A stretch of 64,000 nt of DNA, taken from contig CANGUX010000001.1 in the NCBI GenBank assembly GCA_947457385.1, positions 17,940-81,939 on the forward strand, in the 5' to 3' direction. Within the stretch, counting starts at the first letter, position 1; every line of letters starts with the position of its first letter. The position numbers and the translations under genes were made by a program. Below, piece by piece: positions 37,681 through 46,890 of the stretch. The DNA comes from Holosporales bacterium. Its GTDB lineage: Bacteria > Pseudomonadota > Alphaproteobacteria > Holosporales > Holosporaceae. Under the pieces are notes generated by a model that was not told the DNA's origin, did not search any database, and saw nothing but the letters and a program-made list of their open reading frames with translations.

Positions 37681-38490
37681 TCAAGGATGCCCCTTCTCTC
37701 CCCATAAAAAAATCCCTGCCTTGTTGGCTTGATCGGCCAGTTTTTTGGGATGCAAAAGCAAGGTTTTTTCGGCCTCAAAGGCAATGCCTTGAAAATGAGC
37801 TTCCTCAAGGTTTGTCAGGGTATTAGGCCCTATGGTAGGAAGGTCTAAGGCCTCACTTTGGCCTTTTTTAGCCCCTTTGATATACAAGGCACGCGGCCCT
37901 GTGGGCCATTGCATGGCGCCGCAACGTCGAATGCAGGCATCGGTACCTTCTGCAGCCTCAATGCCTAAAATCCATCCCTGTTGCATGGCAATGCCTTGCC
38001 CACAATCTAAACTAGAAAGATGATCCAAGTGTAAAAATCCCTGTTTAAGCACCTGTAAAGCTTCTTCATCGGGACGCACATCGCCCAATGGCCCCTCTTT
38101 TGCCATCCAATGGGGAAGAATATCTTGCGGGCTTTTAATGCAAAATCCTTCATCTTTAAGAAAGGCCTGCAACGTCAAAAGCATGGTGTTGTCCCCACGC
38201 CAAAGACGCCCTAATCGTGCTAAGAGTTGAATCCCTTTAAGATCTGTCTTAAGATCGCGCAAAGAAGGACGAGAGAAGTGCCCAACCAACACCAACGTTT
38301 GAACACCATGAGCCTTTAGAGCCTTAATGCTACGCCCTACTTCACCTAGATGTAGCCACACATGGGGGAATCCTTGAGGACACTGTGGCTGGGTGATCCC
38401 ATGATAGGCCAGCATCAACAGAGGGTTAGGCGCGTGTGCTTGTGCTAACAAACGAGGAAGATTTCCTCCTCCAGAAAGAATTCCAAGCAT
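37681..38490 (-). CDS. lpxI: UDP-2,3-diacylglucosamine diphosphatase LpxI (DUF1009)
   Basis: The N-terminus MLGILSGGGNLPRLL is typical of LpxI. The ORF is 269 aa. Confidence 0.75.
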   Translation of the reverse strand: MLGILSGGGNLPRLLAQAHAPNPLLMLAYHGITQPQCPQGFPHVWLHLGEVGRSIKALKAHGVQTLVLVGHFSRPSLRDLKTDLKGIQLLARLGRLWRGDNTMLLTLQAFLKDEGFCIKSPQDILPHWMAKEGPLGDVRPDEEALQVLKQGFLHLDHLSSLDCGQGIAMQQGWILGIEAAEGTDACIRRCGAMQWPTGPRALYIKGAKKGQSEALDLPTIGPNTLTNLEEAHFQGIAFEAEKTLLLHPKKLADQANKAGIFLWGEKGHP

Positions 38491-38653
38491 AGAAATGATC
38501 TAAACGCATTTTATACAGAGTGCATGATTCCCTTGCTCCTTTCAAATCTCACGCTTCTAACTCCTTTTTGGTTCCACGATTCCTTCTTTCCATTAGATGT
38601 GGGTGAACTGTTTTTTTTTGCACTTAAACCTTTTTTTCATTTTGCACTCTTTT

Positions 38654-38669
38654 TTAAAATTAAATTAAC
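38654..38669. promoter_or_regulatory. CtrA-box-like motif TTAA-N7-TTAAC
   Basis: TTAAAATTAAATTAAC lies in the divergent lpxI/comF spacer. It may be a chance match. Confidence 0.2.
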
Positions 38670-38835
38670 CATTATAAAAACAAAAAATGAATAAATAAAA
38701 ATAGAAAACTCTTTCATTCTCGCAAATTCATCACCCAAAAAGGTCTATTAGAAAGATCTAGGGTTATTTCTTTGAGTATACTGTGTTACATCTCATGGTA
38801 ATGGGATACACTTTTTCAAAGATTGACCTAGGAGA

Positions 38836-39525
38836 ATGCTTAAATCTATTGTAAACGCTGTTGATTTTGTGTTTCCACATTTATGTCCTGGATGTCATGA
38901 AGTCAATCAAAGCGCGGGATTATGCAGTGCCTGTTGGAAGCAGCTTGAATGGATCACGCATCCCCATTGTCCGGTGTGTGGAGAACCGCAAATTCTTCAT
39001 GCAACTTTGTGTTCTTCTTGTCGACGATGGCTTCCTTTGTTTTCCAGCCATCGATCTCTTTGGCGCTATGCGCCTCTTTCACGAAAGCTTATTTTTGCCC
39101 TAAAATATGGGCGTGAACGCTATTTGGCGCACTTGTTTGCCTCGTGGTTGTTGCCCCTTGTATTGCCTCTTGCGGTGAATCTCTTAGTGCCTGTGCCATT
39201 GCACCCTCGACGCCTTATGCAACGTGGGTTTAATCAATCGGCTCTATTGGCTCAACTGTTAAGTCGCATGACGGGCATTCCTGCCACGGTGACGGCGTTA
39301 CGTCGCATAGGGAAAAATCGATCCCAGAGGGGTCTTTCTCTCCAAAAACGTCAAGAAAATGTAGAGGGAGCTTTTGTATGCGATGCAGATTTTGCTCATC
39401 GGCATCTGTTGCTGATTGATGATGTTTTTACAACGGGCGCAACGTTAAGTGCGTGTGTTTCTGTATTGCGCGATGCAGGGGCCGAACGGGTAGAAGCTCT
39501 TACCTTAATGAAGGTTACGCTCTGA
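38836..39525 (+). CDS. ComF-family phosphoribosyltransferase-like protein
   Basis: N-terminal Cys pairs (CPGC..CSACW, CPVCG..CSSC) and the PRT loop LLIDDVFTTGAT. Confidence 0.8.
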   Translation: MLKSIVNAVDFVFPHLCPGCHEVNQSAGLCSACWKQLEWITHPHCPVCGEPQILHATLCSSCRRWLPLFSSHRSLWRYAPLSRKLIFALKYGRERYLAHLFASWLLPLVLPLAVNLLVPVPLHPRRLMQRGFNQSALLAQLLSRMTGIPATVTALRRIGKNRSQRGLSLQKRQENVEGAFVCDADFAHRHLLLIDDVFTTGATLSACVSVLRDAGAERVEALTLMKVTL

Positions 39526-39595
39526 AAAATCTTAACGTTTTCTTGAGGACAAAATCGGCATAGTTTATGAAATTTTTGGTATTTTTGACTTAATC

Positions 39596-40840
39596 ATGCC
39601 CTTCTGGAGAAGATGGAGCCTCTTTCTTTGTTTTTGGGGATCTCCTCTTGGAGCGTTTCTGATGAAAGATCCAACCTCAAAATTTTTAGACATTTATCTA
39701 CCTCTAACCCCTCAGCAACTAAGGGATACGCTTGCTTGGATGTATCAAAACAATCCTCAATTTAAAGCCAAGCTACATCAATTGAATGCAAAGCAAATTG
39801 ATTTTTATGTCAAACAAATGGTTCGCTCTATCGAAGAATCTTATTATTTGATCAGTCTTTCTTCTTCTCAATCCAGAAGAGCGTTTCACAAAAGACACTT
39901 ACGTGCGTTTTTGGAAAAAGATTGTCAAGAAGCAAAACGTCTTTGGGTTGCTAAACGTCCTTCCTTTCAGCCTTCTCAGCCTTGGAATCCGACCCAGCGG
40001 TCTTTGTTTTTGATCCATGCTGAAACCCAGCAGAGATATCAAAGCATCAAGAAGCGCATCGAAACGTTCCAATCTGATTTAAAAAAATTAGAAGAAAATG
40101 ATTTTGAGTCTAAACACGTTTTGCAAAAAAAAATGGACATCATCTTGCAAGAATTACAATCACATCATCGCTATATTTTAGAATCTTATTTGGGACATTG
40201 GGGAGAGCAAAGTCAAAAAGAATTTTCTGAAAAAACCAAGTATCTTACCCAAAAAAAAGACCTTTCACCTCAAGACCTTGCCCTGTTGCTTCCCTATCTA
40301 GAGCAACTCAATGAGCACACCCTTGATTTGGTAGATCATCTGGCGGAAATTCCTCATCAGGACATGCCTTTAGGGGGAGAGGCCTTTGAAACATCCTCTG
40401 AAAAAGCAGATCTAGAAGAAGCCATTCAAGAAACCAAGGAAGACCTTTCTGATCTTCTTGCCTTTTTTTCTCAACACAAAGAAGACCTGAAAAGCATGCT
40501 TTGTTATTTGCATGGCTTGAAATTCTTTAAAGCAAGCCTCAGAAAACTCACTTGGGATGAAAAAGCCCTGAAACAAACCATACGATCGCGGTTGCAGTCG
40601 CTTCAAGCAACGATGCCACATGCCCTATCCTCAAGGCTTATTCTTGCAGAAATGCTTGTTCCGTTAGAATCCAGTTCCATGCATTTGGAAACTTTATTGT
40701 CGTGTTTATCTGTGCTTAAAGAAGCGCTGGAAAACACCTTAAAAGAGTCCAATGCTGGAGAAGAAACGCTGAAAGAGCTTTCCATAGAAATTCCGAAAGA
40801 GACCCTAGAGCTTGAAGGTATACTTTCAGAAGAATCCTAG
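39596..40840 (+). CDS. hypothetical protein, helical/coiled-coil-rich, hydrophobic N-terminus
   Basis: 414-aa ORF with no motif I recognise. It is Glu/Lys/Leu/Gln-rich with heptad-like stretches. Confidence 0.5.
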   Translation: MPFWRRWSLFLCFWGSPLGAFLMKDPTSKFLDIYLPLTPQQLRDTLAWMYQNNPQFKAKLHQLNAKQIDFYVKQMVRSIEESYYLISLSSSQSRRAFHKRHLRAFLEKDCQEAKRLWVAKRPSFQPSQPWNPTQRSLFLIHAETQQRYQSIKKRIETFQSDLKKLEENDFESKHVLQKKMDIILQELQSHHRYILESYLGHWGEQSQKEFSEKTKYLTQKKDLSPQDLALLLPYLEQLNEHTLDLVDHLAEIPHQDMPLGGEAFETSSEKADLEEAIQETKEDLSDLLAFFSQHKEDLKSMLCYLHGLKFFKASLRKLTWDEKALKQTIRSRLQSLQATMPHALSSRLILAEMLVPLESSSMHLETLLSCLSVLKEALENTLKESNAGEETLKELSIEIPKETLELEGILSEES

Positions 40841-40912
40841 CTCTTTTTCATTGTTTTGCACATAGAAATGCGTTACGGTAGAATTCCAGGATTTATAAGA
40901 TAAAAAAACTAC

Positions 40913-41986
40913 ATGGCGTTTCAAGAAAAATTAGATAAAATTCTAGAGCATGCGCGTGCCCTAGAGCATCAGCTTTCACAGCCCGATGCCACCAGTTCCC
41001 CTGAATTTGCAGAGCGTGCACGTGAAGCCAAAAATCTTGCGCCCATTGTAGAAAAAATCATAGAGCTTCATGATCTTCAGCAAGAACAGGTTCATTTAAT
41101 GCTTTTAAAAGAAGATGAAGACCTTGCGTTGCGAGCCATGGCGCAGGAAGAGCTGATGGAGTTGGAGAAAAAAGTAGAAGCCCAAGCCTTGCTGGTCAAA
41201 ATGATCTTGTTGCCTAAAGACGAAGATAGTCATCGCAATGCGATTTTGGAAATTCGTGCGGGAACGGGGGGGGAAGAGGCGGCTCTTTTTGTCTCAGATT
41301 TATTGCGCATGTATCAACGTTATGCTGAATATAAGCGCTGGAATGTAGAACTGTTACAAAGCCATGAGAGCCAACATGGAGGCTTCAAAGAGGTGGGGCT
41401 TTCCATTACAGGACAAGACGTGTTTTCCAAACTTCAATTCGAAGCCGGGGTTCATCGCGTGCAACGCATCCCCGAAACCGAATCAGCGGGACGCATTCAT
41501 ACCTCAACGGCCACCGTCGCCGTACTGCCCGAAGCAGAGGAAGTGGATATTCACATCGAAGAAAAAGACCTACGCATCGATGTGTTTCGCTCTTCCGGGC
41601 CAGGGGGACAATCGGTCAATACCACCGACAGCGCCGTTAGAATTACCCATATTCCAACAGGATTGGTGGTGCAACAACAGGATGAAAAATCCCAGCACAA
41701 AAACAAAGCCAAGGCCCTTAAAGTATTGCGTGCGCGCCTTTATGAAAAGAAAAAAGCAGAGCATGAATCAGAACGCACCGCTTCACGTCGCCATCAAGTG
41801 GGGCGCGGGGATCGTTCAGAACGCATTCGAACTTATAATTTCCCTCAAGGGCGCATCACGGATCATCGCATCAACCTTACGCTCTATAAGCTGCCTCAAA
41901 TTCTTGAAGGGCCGGCCTTGGAAGAGCTCTTAGAGGCTCTGATGACGGAAGATCGCGCTCGTGCCTTGTCGGAATCAGAGTTTTAA
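40913..41986 (+). CDS. prfA: peptide chain release factor 1
   Basis: GGQ motif in [24 protein letters not shown], plus ..[12 protein letters not shown].. Confidence 0.95.
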   Translation: MAFQEKLDKILEHARALEHQLSQPDATSSPEFAERAREAKNLAPIVEKIIELHDLQQEQVHLMLLKEDEDLALRAMAQEELMELEKKVEAQALLVKMILLPKDEDSHRNAILEIRAGTGGEEAALFVSDLLRMYQRYAEYKRWNVELLQSHESQHGGFKEVGLSITGQDVFSKLQFEAGVHRVQRIPETESAGRIHTSTATVAVLPEAEEVDIHIEEKDLRIDVFRSSGPGGQSVNTTDSAVRITHIPTGLVVQQQDEKSQHKNKAKALKVLRARLYEKKKAEHESERTASRRHQVGRGDRSERIRTYNFPQGRITDHRINLTLYKLPQILEGPALEELLEALMTEDRARALSESEF

Positions 41987-41991
41987 GGGTT

Positions 41992-43434
41992 CTAAGTCTT
42001 TTTAGAAATCTTATGAAGGGCGATCCCATCTGCGTCTAAAATCGCTTCTCCCAAGACCTCTGAAAGCGTGGGATGGGGAAAAATAACCCGTTTAAGATCC
42101 TCTTCTGTGGCTTGCAATGTTTTGGCGATAACCATGCCTTGAATGAGCTCTGAAACCCCTGGTCCAATCATGTGGGCCCCTAAAAGTTCGCCCGTTGTTT
42201 GGTCAAAGATGGTTTTGACAAAGCCATGGGGCTCTCCTAACGCCAGGGCTTGACCATTAGCTGAAAATGAAAATTTTCCCACTTTAATGGCATGATTTTT
42301 TTCTGCTTCTCGTTGCGTCAGCCCCACACTGGCCACCTGAGGATAGGTATAAATACATCCAGGAATAGAGGATACATCCAGCGGCAAAGGGGAATGACCC
42401 GCCAAAGCCTCTACACACAACACGCCCTCATAGCTCGCTTTATGCGCCAACCACGGTGGGCCCGCTACATCTCCGATGGCGTAGATCGTCGGATCATCGG
42501 TTTGACCAAACCCATGGGTTAAAATATATCCTTTTTCTGTGCGCACCCTTGTTTGTTCCAATCCCAAATTTTCAATATTTCCCATCACGCCAATGGCCAC
42601 GAGAACCTGTTGCCCTTCCCATGAGCTGTGTTGAAGGGTGGTTTTATGCTGTAACTGGGCTTGAAAGGCTCCGGAAGCTTCTTTCGTAAGCTGACTAACG
42701 GTGTGATTAAAGAAAAAACGGATGCCTTGCCCTTCTAGTTCTTTCTGTAACGCAGCAGCAATCTCCTGATCTTCATGGGGTAAAAGCATGGATGCCATCT
42801 CTACCACAGACACCTCTGTCCCCAATGCCCGATAAAAACTCGCAAATTCCAGGCCTATGACGCCGGCCCCTATGATTAATAAAGAGGTAGGTTGGCTTTG
42901 AGGCGTCATGGCTTCACGGGAAGACCAAACCCCTAATTCTGGCGGGAAAAGGGTACGAGGTCGCGCCCCTGTTGCAAGAATGACCTTCTTGGCCAAGCGT
43001 GTTTCAGAAGAAGGTTTCTTTTGAGAACTGTCCCCCTCAGAACTGACAGAAATCTCATGCCATCCTTCCTTTGTTTTTCCTGAAAAACGTCCCCATCCTT
43101 TGATCACCTCAACATGATTTTTGGCCAACAGCTGTTGAATGCCCTTGGCTAGTGTTGTAGAAATTCCTCTAGATCGCGCAATCAAAGCCGGAAAATCCAC
43201 AGAAAAAGCTCCATCATGCTCTATTCCAAAAGCATGCAACTTACGCAACGTGCGAAACAAATCACTGCTTTTCAAAAGGGATTTTGTGGGAATGCATCCC
43301 CAATTCAAACAGATGCCCCCTAATGTCGACGCTTCAATCAAAGCCGTGCGTAACCCCAATTGACGTGCACGCAATGCGGCTACGTATCCTCCTGGTCCCC
43401 CCCCTATAACGAGAAGATCAAAGGGTTCACTCAT
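41992..43434 (-). CDS. lpdA: dihydrolipoyl dehydrogenase
   Basis: The start MSEPFDLLVIGGGPGGY gives the FAD motif. The redox-active disulfide is GGICLNWGCIPTK. The track ORF begins 14 codons upstream. Confidence 0.9.
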   Translation of the reverse strand: MSEPFDLLVIGGGPGGYVAALRARQLGLRTALIEASTLGGICLNWGCIPTKSLLKSSDLFRTLRKLHAFGIEHDGAFSVDFPALIARSRGISTTLAKGIQQLLAKNHVEVIKGWGRFSGKTKEGWHEISVSSEGDSSQKKPSSETRLAKKVILATGARPRTLFPPELGVWSSREAMTPQSQPTSLLIIGAGVIGLEFASFYRALGTEVSVVEMASMLLPHEDQEIAAALQKELEGQGIRFFFNHTVSQLTKEASGAFQAQLQHKTTLQHSSWEGQQVLVAIGVMGNIENLGLEQTRVRTEKGYILTHGFGQTDDPTIYAIGDVAGPPWLAHKASYEGVLCVEALAGHSPLPLDVSSIPGCIYTYPQVASVGLTQREAEKNHAIKVGKFSFSANGQALALGEPHGFVKTIFDQTTGELLGAHMIGPGVSELIQGMVIAKTLQATEEDLKRVIFPHPTLSEVLGEAILDADGIALHKISKKT

Positions 43435-44183
43435 GATGTATTCCTCTCTGCACTCTGTTCTGGGACTGTACCGCATTCCTTCAAGTTCATCAATTCCTTT
43501 TGAGGGAAATAAAACGCATCTTTGTGGGCAAATGCTTCTGTGGCATAGCGCAACATCGTCTTGGGCATATGGGAAGCGTGTTGGAGAAGGAATTGCGTCA
43601 AGACCTCTTGGTTTCTTTTACCTGCCTCACGCAACATCCATCCCACGGCTTTGTGTATCAGGTCATGGGTGTCTTTTTGCAAAGATAACGCGATCTTAAA
43701 GGTCCATTCCAAATCATTTTTGCGGATAAAATAGAGGGTTGCCACCATGGCGATTCTGCGATCCCATAGGCGCTCTGAATGGCTTAAACGATCCAAAATA
43801 AATCGATCTTTATCCCACACATAAGCCCCTAAAATAGACGGGGCAGACAAATCTACCAAATTCCAATTGTTCACCCACGCTAGATGATCTTTGTAAAAAT
43901 GATAGACCTTATCCCGTGTGATGCTATTGCCTTTTTCATACTGCTTTTGCAGAATCAGCAAGGCAAGGAATCGCTCTTCATTAAAGGGTGAGGACAAACT
44001 TTTGCTTAGAACAGCCTTGGGGACCTCCGTAAAAACAGAGGCTAATTTGCGTAAAACCGGAACAGAAACACCGATAAAACGGTCGTGTTCTCCATAGGAT
44101 CCAGGCGCTGTTTTAAAAAATCGCTTGGCCCTTTCCGGGTCCCATGTTTGATGCTGAAACAGCGCTTGTCTAATGGAGTGCAT
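43431..44183 (-). CDS. DNA alkylation repair protein (AlkD/HEAT-repeat family)
   Basis: 250-aa ORF with ..YGEHDRFIGVSVPVLRKLA.. and ..WNLVDLSAP.. typical of the family. Its stop overlaps the lpdA start. Confidence 0.7.
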   Translation of the reverse strand: MHSIRQALFQHQTWDPERAKRFFKTAPGSYGEHDRFIGVSVPVLRKLASVFTEVPKAVLSKSLSSPFNEERFLALLILQKQYEKGNSITRDKVYHFYKDHLAWVNNWNLVDLSAPSILGAYVWDKDRFILDRLSHSERLWDRRIAMVATLYFIRKNDLEWTFKIALSLQKDTHDLIHKAVGWMLREAGKRNQEVLTQFLLQHASHMPKTMLRYATEAFAHKDAFYFPQKELMNLKECGTVPEQSAERNTS

Positions 44184-44237
44184 GCTACGATTGCACCGTA
44201 ACCTATGAAAGCATTATCCTCCTGTGTCATGCCTCTT

Positions 44238-44498
44238 TCAAAGGGGCATTGTAATGCTCCACGGATTGGGACAGGTATAATTTGAAAAGAATGCATTTTC
44301 CACAAAAGGGTTACAACAGCACTGTTTGCGCATGAATGCTTCTCTTTTTTCCCGTCGTATTTGATCTATGGATTTCTCGGGCAGAGCGGCTTGAGGGGTC
44401 GGTTGAGGAGGCATTTGGGGCGGAGCAGACGCCCAACCTTCTGCAACACACATCCCCATTGCAAATAATAAGCCAATACATAAAAGCGTTTTAAACAT
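44238..44498 (-). CDS. small hypothetical exported protein
   Basis: 86-aa ORF with signal-like MFKTLLCIGLLFAMGMCVA, a Pro/Gln-rich stretch and a CCC cluster. There is no other support. Confidence 0.3.
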   Translation of the reverse strand: MFKTLLCIGLLFAMGMCVAEGWASAPPQMPPQPTPQAALPEKSIDQIRREKREAFMRKQCCCNPFVENAFFSNYTCPNPWSITMPL

Positions 44499-44650
44499 AA
44501 AGCACCCTTGTTGTTTTTTCTTATTTTACAAAATAATTGTTTTATTTTTTGTTGATTCTGTTTTTAAAATTCAAGAATACACAGGTCCCTCTTTACGAAA
44601 AGCAAGGAAAATTCTATCATGAACTCACTCCATTGTTTTCTTTTGCGTAT

Positions 44651-45316
44651 ATGCCTCCTGTCATCGACGAAATCCAAGAAGAACTCAAGCAAGAAGATCT
44701 TATTCGGCGTTTTTACACCTTTCTCCCTGTTTTGGTCTCTGTGATTTTGGCTGTTCTGATAGGAACAGGCATATATACCTGGATTCAGTCTTCCAGAGAA
44801 AAGCAACTGTTTCGCGATGAACATGCCTATGCCAAAGCCATTGGGCATTTGGATCGTGGTGCATTTCCCGAAGCAAAACGTCTTCTCTCTCATCTAGAAA
44901 AAAATTCTGAAGCGTTTGCGTTTTTAGCGCGACTTAAAAAAGCCCAAATTCAATTGATGGATGTGTTAATGACCCATTCAAATGCATCCTTATCCAGGTT
45001 AGATCAACACCTTCAAGAGCTTACGCAGTCTTATCACATGCCTTCCATGGGAAATTTTTTTACTATGGCCATGGGCTTTTTAAGCATACCAGGATCTCCT
45101 GCTCTGCAAGATAAGCTTTCTCCTTTTATGACACGGGCGAATCCTTGGTGTTTTTTGTGGCTTACGCGTAATGCCCTTGTGGCCTATGACAAAAAAGAAG
45201 TCCCCCATATTGAGGCTGCGTTTTCTCTATGGAACCAGGAAAGTAAAAAGCTCAATGTGGATCCCTGGATGGTACGGTATTGCACCATTGGGGCAGGAGT
45301 TTCAACCGTCAAATGA
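44651..45316 (+). CDS. membrane-anchored TPR-like protein (YfgM-like), upstream partner of bamB
   Basis: The start MPPVIDEIQEELKQEDL.. is followed by one transmembrane helix (FLPVLVSVILAVLIGTGIY). The stop overlaps the bamB ATG (ATGA). Confidence 0.55.
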   Translation: MPPVIDEIQEELKQEDLIRRFYTFLPVLVSVILAVLIGTGIYTWIQSSREKQLFRDEHAYAKAIGHLDRGAFPEAKRLLSHLEKNSEAFAFLARLKKAQIQLMDVLMTHSNASLSRLDQHLQELTQSYHMPSMGNFFTMAMGFLSIPGSPALQDKLSPFMTRANPWCFLWLTRNALVAYDKKEVPHIEAAFSLWNQESKKLNVDPWMVRYCTIGAGVSTVK

Positions 45317-46647
45317 AATACGACTCTAGAGATCTTCTTTTTATCGCCTTTTGCTCTTTTCTTCTTAGTGGATGCACCGATCAAGGCGGATTGATGGGAA
45401 CAGGGCTTTTTAGCAAAAGTGCGCCCCCCCCTCTAGAGGGAAAACGCATTTTTTTAAGCCAAGACCTGCCTATAGTGTGTGGCATGAATCTTACCAAAGA
45501 TCACTATGCCGAAGCCTGTCAAGAGCTTTCTTCCTGGCCACAGGCTTGCTACAAAGCGGATCATCGCATCGTGCCTGTAAAGCTAGGTCATACCTATAAG
45601 CAGCAATGGACATGCTCTAGGATGTTTTATCCTCCACGTCTTGGTGTGATGCCAGTAACCATGGGGGATTCTATTTTTTTGCTTACCAGCCATGGGAGCG
45701 TCGCCTCTATTAATTTTCAGGGGCAGGTTATTTGGGAGGTGAATCTCGTTCCACCGGCCAATCCTTTTAGTAATCTTGGAGGGGGCTTGGCCCATGATGG
45801 TAAGCATCTTTTTGTAACCACATCTTGGGGAGAATTACTGGCCTTGGGGAAAGGCGGAACGATTCTTTGGCGCAAAACGTTGTCCTCTCCTGCCAGAAAT
45901 GCCCCTGTAGTGGAAGATAATCAGGTTTTTGTGTTAACCATGAAAAACCAAGTAGAAGCCTATGATGTCAGCACAGGCAGGCAAAATTGGACTTATTCTG
46001 CCTTGGTGGAAGAGACGCAACTTTTGGGTACTTCTGTCCCGGCCATTTGTGGCGAAAAGCTTGTTTTTGCAGGTTCTTCTGGGGAAGTTATTGCCCTTTC
46101 GAAAAAGAATGGGGAAGAACTATGGAACGCAAGTGGAGCCCCCCTGACGCTTTCAGGTGAGGCTTCTAAATTTTCACATATTCGATCCCTTCCCGTCATC
46201 CATAATGGGCGAGTCTATACGGTTAGCTATAATGGTCAGTTGTCTTGTTTTTCGCTTCAGTCCGGGCGCAGTCTATGGACCTATGCCCTAAGCAGCACAG
46301 AGACCCCCGTTGTTGCGGGTAACGTTTTGTTTAGTCTTTCTGGGGGGCATCATCTGATGGCATTTCACGCAGAAACAGGTAAGGTTTTCAAATCTTATAC
46401 GCTTCCAGGTGATCAAACGTGGAAAGGCCCCATCATGGCAGGAGGATCCTTGCTTTTGACCAGTGATCAAGGCAACGTCATCACATTAGATCCCCTTTCT
46501 TCTAAGATCAAGCCCCTTATAACCCTTGATGAACCTTGCATGGCTTCTCCTATTATCGTAAAAAGTCATTTAATTTTCTTAGGGCAATCTGGCAATCTGT
46601 TCTTTTACAGTCCATGTTCTGTGAAGCAACTCCCGTTGCTACAATAG
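45313..46647 (+). CDS. bamB: outer-membrane protein assembly factor BamB (PQQ-like beta-propeller lipoprotein)
   Basis: Lipobox FLLSGC and repeated ..G.v.a.d..tG...W.. propeller blades. Confidence 0.8.
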   Translation: MKYDSRDLLFIAFCSFLLSGCTDQGGLMGTGLFSKSAPPPLEGKRIFLSQDLPIVCGMNLTKDHYAEACQELSSWPQACYKADHRIVPVKLGHTYKQQWTCSRMFYPPRLGVMPVTMGDSIFLLTSHGSVASINFQGQVIWEVNLVPPANPFSNLGGGLAHDGKHLFVTTSWGELLALGKGGTILWRKTLSSPARNAPVVEDNQVFVLTMKNQVEAYDVSTGRQNWTYSALVEETQLLGTSVPAICGEKLVFAGSSGEVIALSKKNGEELWNASGAPLTLSGEASKFSHIRSLPVIHNGRVYTVSYNGQLSCFSLQSGRSLWTYALSSTETPVVAGNVLFSLSGGHHLMAFHAETGKVFKSYTLPGDQTWKGPIMAGGSLLLTSDQGNVITLDPLSSKIKPLITLDEPCMASPIIVKSHLIFLGQSGNLFFYSPCSVKQLPLLQ

Positions 46648-46890
46648 AATCCTATAGTATCAAAATGTATGTTGCGTTGCACGGCCCTATCCTACAGCCA
46701 TGGATCAAACTGGGATCGCGTTTGCTTTTTTCAAAGACAAAAAGCGGGGCATAAAAGATCAAAGCCCTCCGCTAAGTCGCTTGTTAGGGCACCTAAAGGC
46801 TATCACTGCACTGCATTGCGAATATTCTACTTTATCAACTCAAGCGAGAGTGCCATCCCTTGAAAGGAAAGCCCCCTTTGAAAAAGGAGA

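Noticed and set aside
41364-41933. 189-aa plus-strand ORF overlapping prfA in another frame, as a possible recoding or overlapping gene
   Set aside because: RF1 genes are not known to use programmed frameshifting (RF2 genes are). The alternative frame is Pro/Arg/Lys-rich with no motif, which is typical of an off-frame translation of a real gene.
46650-46890. Gene-less stretch after bamB with three overlapping short ORFs and a GCTTTTT..AAAAAGC hairpin, as a possible ncRNA (tmRNA, RNase P, 6S)
   Set aside because: I recognised no conserved motifs of those RNAs (no T-arm-like GGTTCGA, no GAGGAAAGTCC). The hairpin lacks a U-tract. This is probably the 3' flank of the decayed LRR gene.
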